Assembly: GCA_964016885.1 (NCBI GenBank)
Contig: OZ024741.1
Coordinates: 363,692,001 to 363,756,000, forward strand
DNA length: 64,000 nucleotides
Source of the DNA: Eledone cirrhosa
Taxonomy: Eukaryota
Direction: 5' to 3'
The position numbers were made by a program, and so were the translations under genes. This document shows, piece by piece, positions 62,700-64,000 of the stretch; position 1 is the stretch's first letter, and each line of letters opens with the position of its first letter. The notes below the pieces were generated by a model. That model was not told the DNA's origin. It did not search any database and worked only from the letters and a program-made list of their open reading frames with translations.

Positions 62700-63534
62700 T
62701 AGTATTAATTATACTATTTATGGTTATGCAAATACAAAAACCTTTTGCAGTTATATATATTTTTATAAACCCTAAATAGTGGTAGGCAGTAATATATTAC
62801 TACCTTATTACCAGTAAGTTAAATAGCTCAATGTAAAAACATCAGATGATTTACAGAGCAGTTATATGAATTATAAGAATCAAAGAACTGTTCAAAACAT
62901 TTTTATGCTTACAACTGTTTCCTCCAAACCGAGGTTTGGATTCTTCGGAGCAATTTATTATTGAATGAACACTTATATGACCTCCTTTTCACCCAAGAGA
63001 CATACAGATACATATGCAAATATTGTGGATCAACATTCATTATAGCATTTAGAGTGGCAGTACACACTTAGAGATTACATTCATATTAAAAGATACAATC
63101 AAAAATACAGGTTAAAATACAACATGAAATTAAGCGGTTATATAGTGCAAAGGTTATATGTGTGGCAAGCACGTGCGTCTTGTTTATATAGTGTAGCAGA
63201 GAGTTACGTGTAATAGAAGCACTTAAACAGGTAATCGAGAGTGTTAAGGTGGTTGATCTGGTGATGAATTCTTTATATGATTGTTATAGTCTGTGTGTGG
63301 AGAAATAATATAAGTATTAAAAATAGTGTAAGCATTAAAAATATTGGAAATGCGTAGCGAAGAACATCAGACTACGATTCTCTAACTGGATTGTCAAACA
63401 CCCAATATCGAATCGTCGTAGATTATGTGAGGGGCATATAATCTGAAAAATACGCTCCCCTGACTATGAAAATGTCGCAGGGCATGAAATCCATATCATC
63501 GCTTCGCTACGCATTTCCAATATTTTTAATGCTT
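62700..63534 (-). mobile_element. Orphan PLE-type 3' fragment ending in a 33-bp inverted repeat
   Basis: HHR at 62906; inverted repeat 63330..63362 / 63502..63534. Confidence 0.5.
62906..62952 (-). ncRNA. Hammerhead (CCGAAGA core variant)
   Basis: tgct-CCGAAGA-atccaaacc(tc)ggtttggag-GAAA-cagttg-TA-agca. Confidence 0.65.
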
Positions 63535-63535
63535 T

Positions 63536-64000
63536 CTGGGTAGTGACCACCGGCTTGTTATGAGTGAGGTCCGGGAGAGCTTAAGAAAGAGCAAGGCTAG
63601 GCCCCGGAGAGTAATCTATGACAGGGGAGCTTTCAAGGAAAATGATAAGCTACAGGAAAGGTTCACAGTGGAAGTGAGGAACAAGTTCAGTGCTCTGTGT
63701 GGAGAGGCAGAGGAGAGAGAGATTTGAGGGACTGAGGAGAGTGTGACGAGGAGGTACGGGTACTTCACCAGTGCAGTGGCGGAAGCAAGTGAGACCCTGG
63801 TGCCGAGGAGAAAGAACAAAAGGAAGCACGTCAGCTCTGCAGACCCAAAAGTGTGTGCAGCCAGAGAACACCTGAAAGCTGCCAAGGACCAATTCTATGC
63901 GGAGGAGAGGAAGGAGAATGTGGAAGTGATGAGGAAATAACTCTGTATCGCTTACACTGAGGCCAGAGAGGAGGCACTGATAGAGAAGATCAGAAGTGTG
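63536..64000 (+). mobile_element. Degraded internal fragment of RTE family B; runs off the window edge
   Basis: Aligns with 46321..46794, with stops. Confidence 0.9.

Overview
Eukaryotic, invertebrate-type DNA (the SINE and RTE tails look cephalopod-like, but that is recollection, not a search) with no host gene. The window is a (TA)n/(TATG)n microsatellite matrix holding about 30 retroelement insertions. These include an intact-looking CR1-like LINE and RTE LINE, degraded RTEs, many Penelope-like element (PLE; RT + GIY-YIG) copies and fragments, a tRNA-derived SINE, a ~610-bp non-coding retroposon (4 copies) and a non-autonomous LTR element. Structure not shown by the ORF track: (1) about 20 hammerhead-ribozyme (HHR) motifs from about 13 families, several with variant cores or very long stem II; (2) three ORF-less, terminally redundant 466/542/492-bp units with one HHR per unit, i.e. 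retrozyme/circRNA-like; (3) a recurring fold-back insertion architecture; (4) in-phase UUUUUUA -1 slippery sites at the ORF1/ORF2 junction of both the CR1-like LINE and a Neptune-like PLE. All structures were read by eye; boundaries inside TA arrays are approximate.
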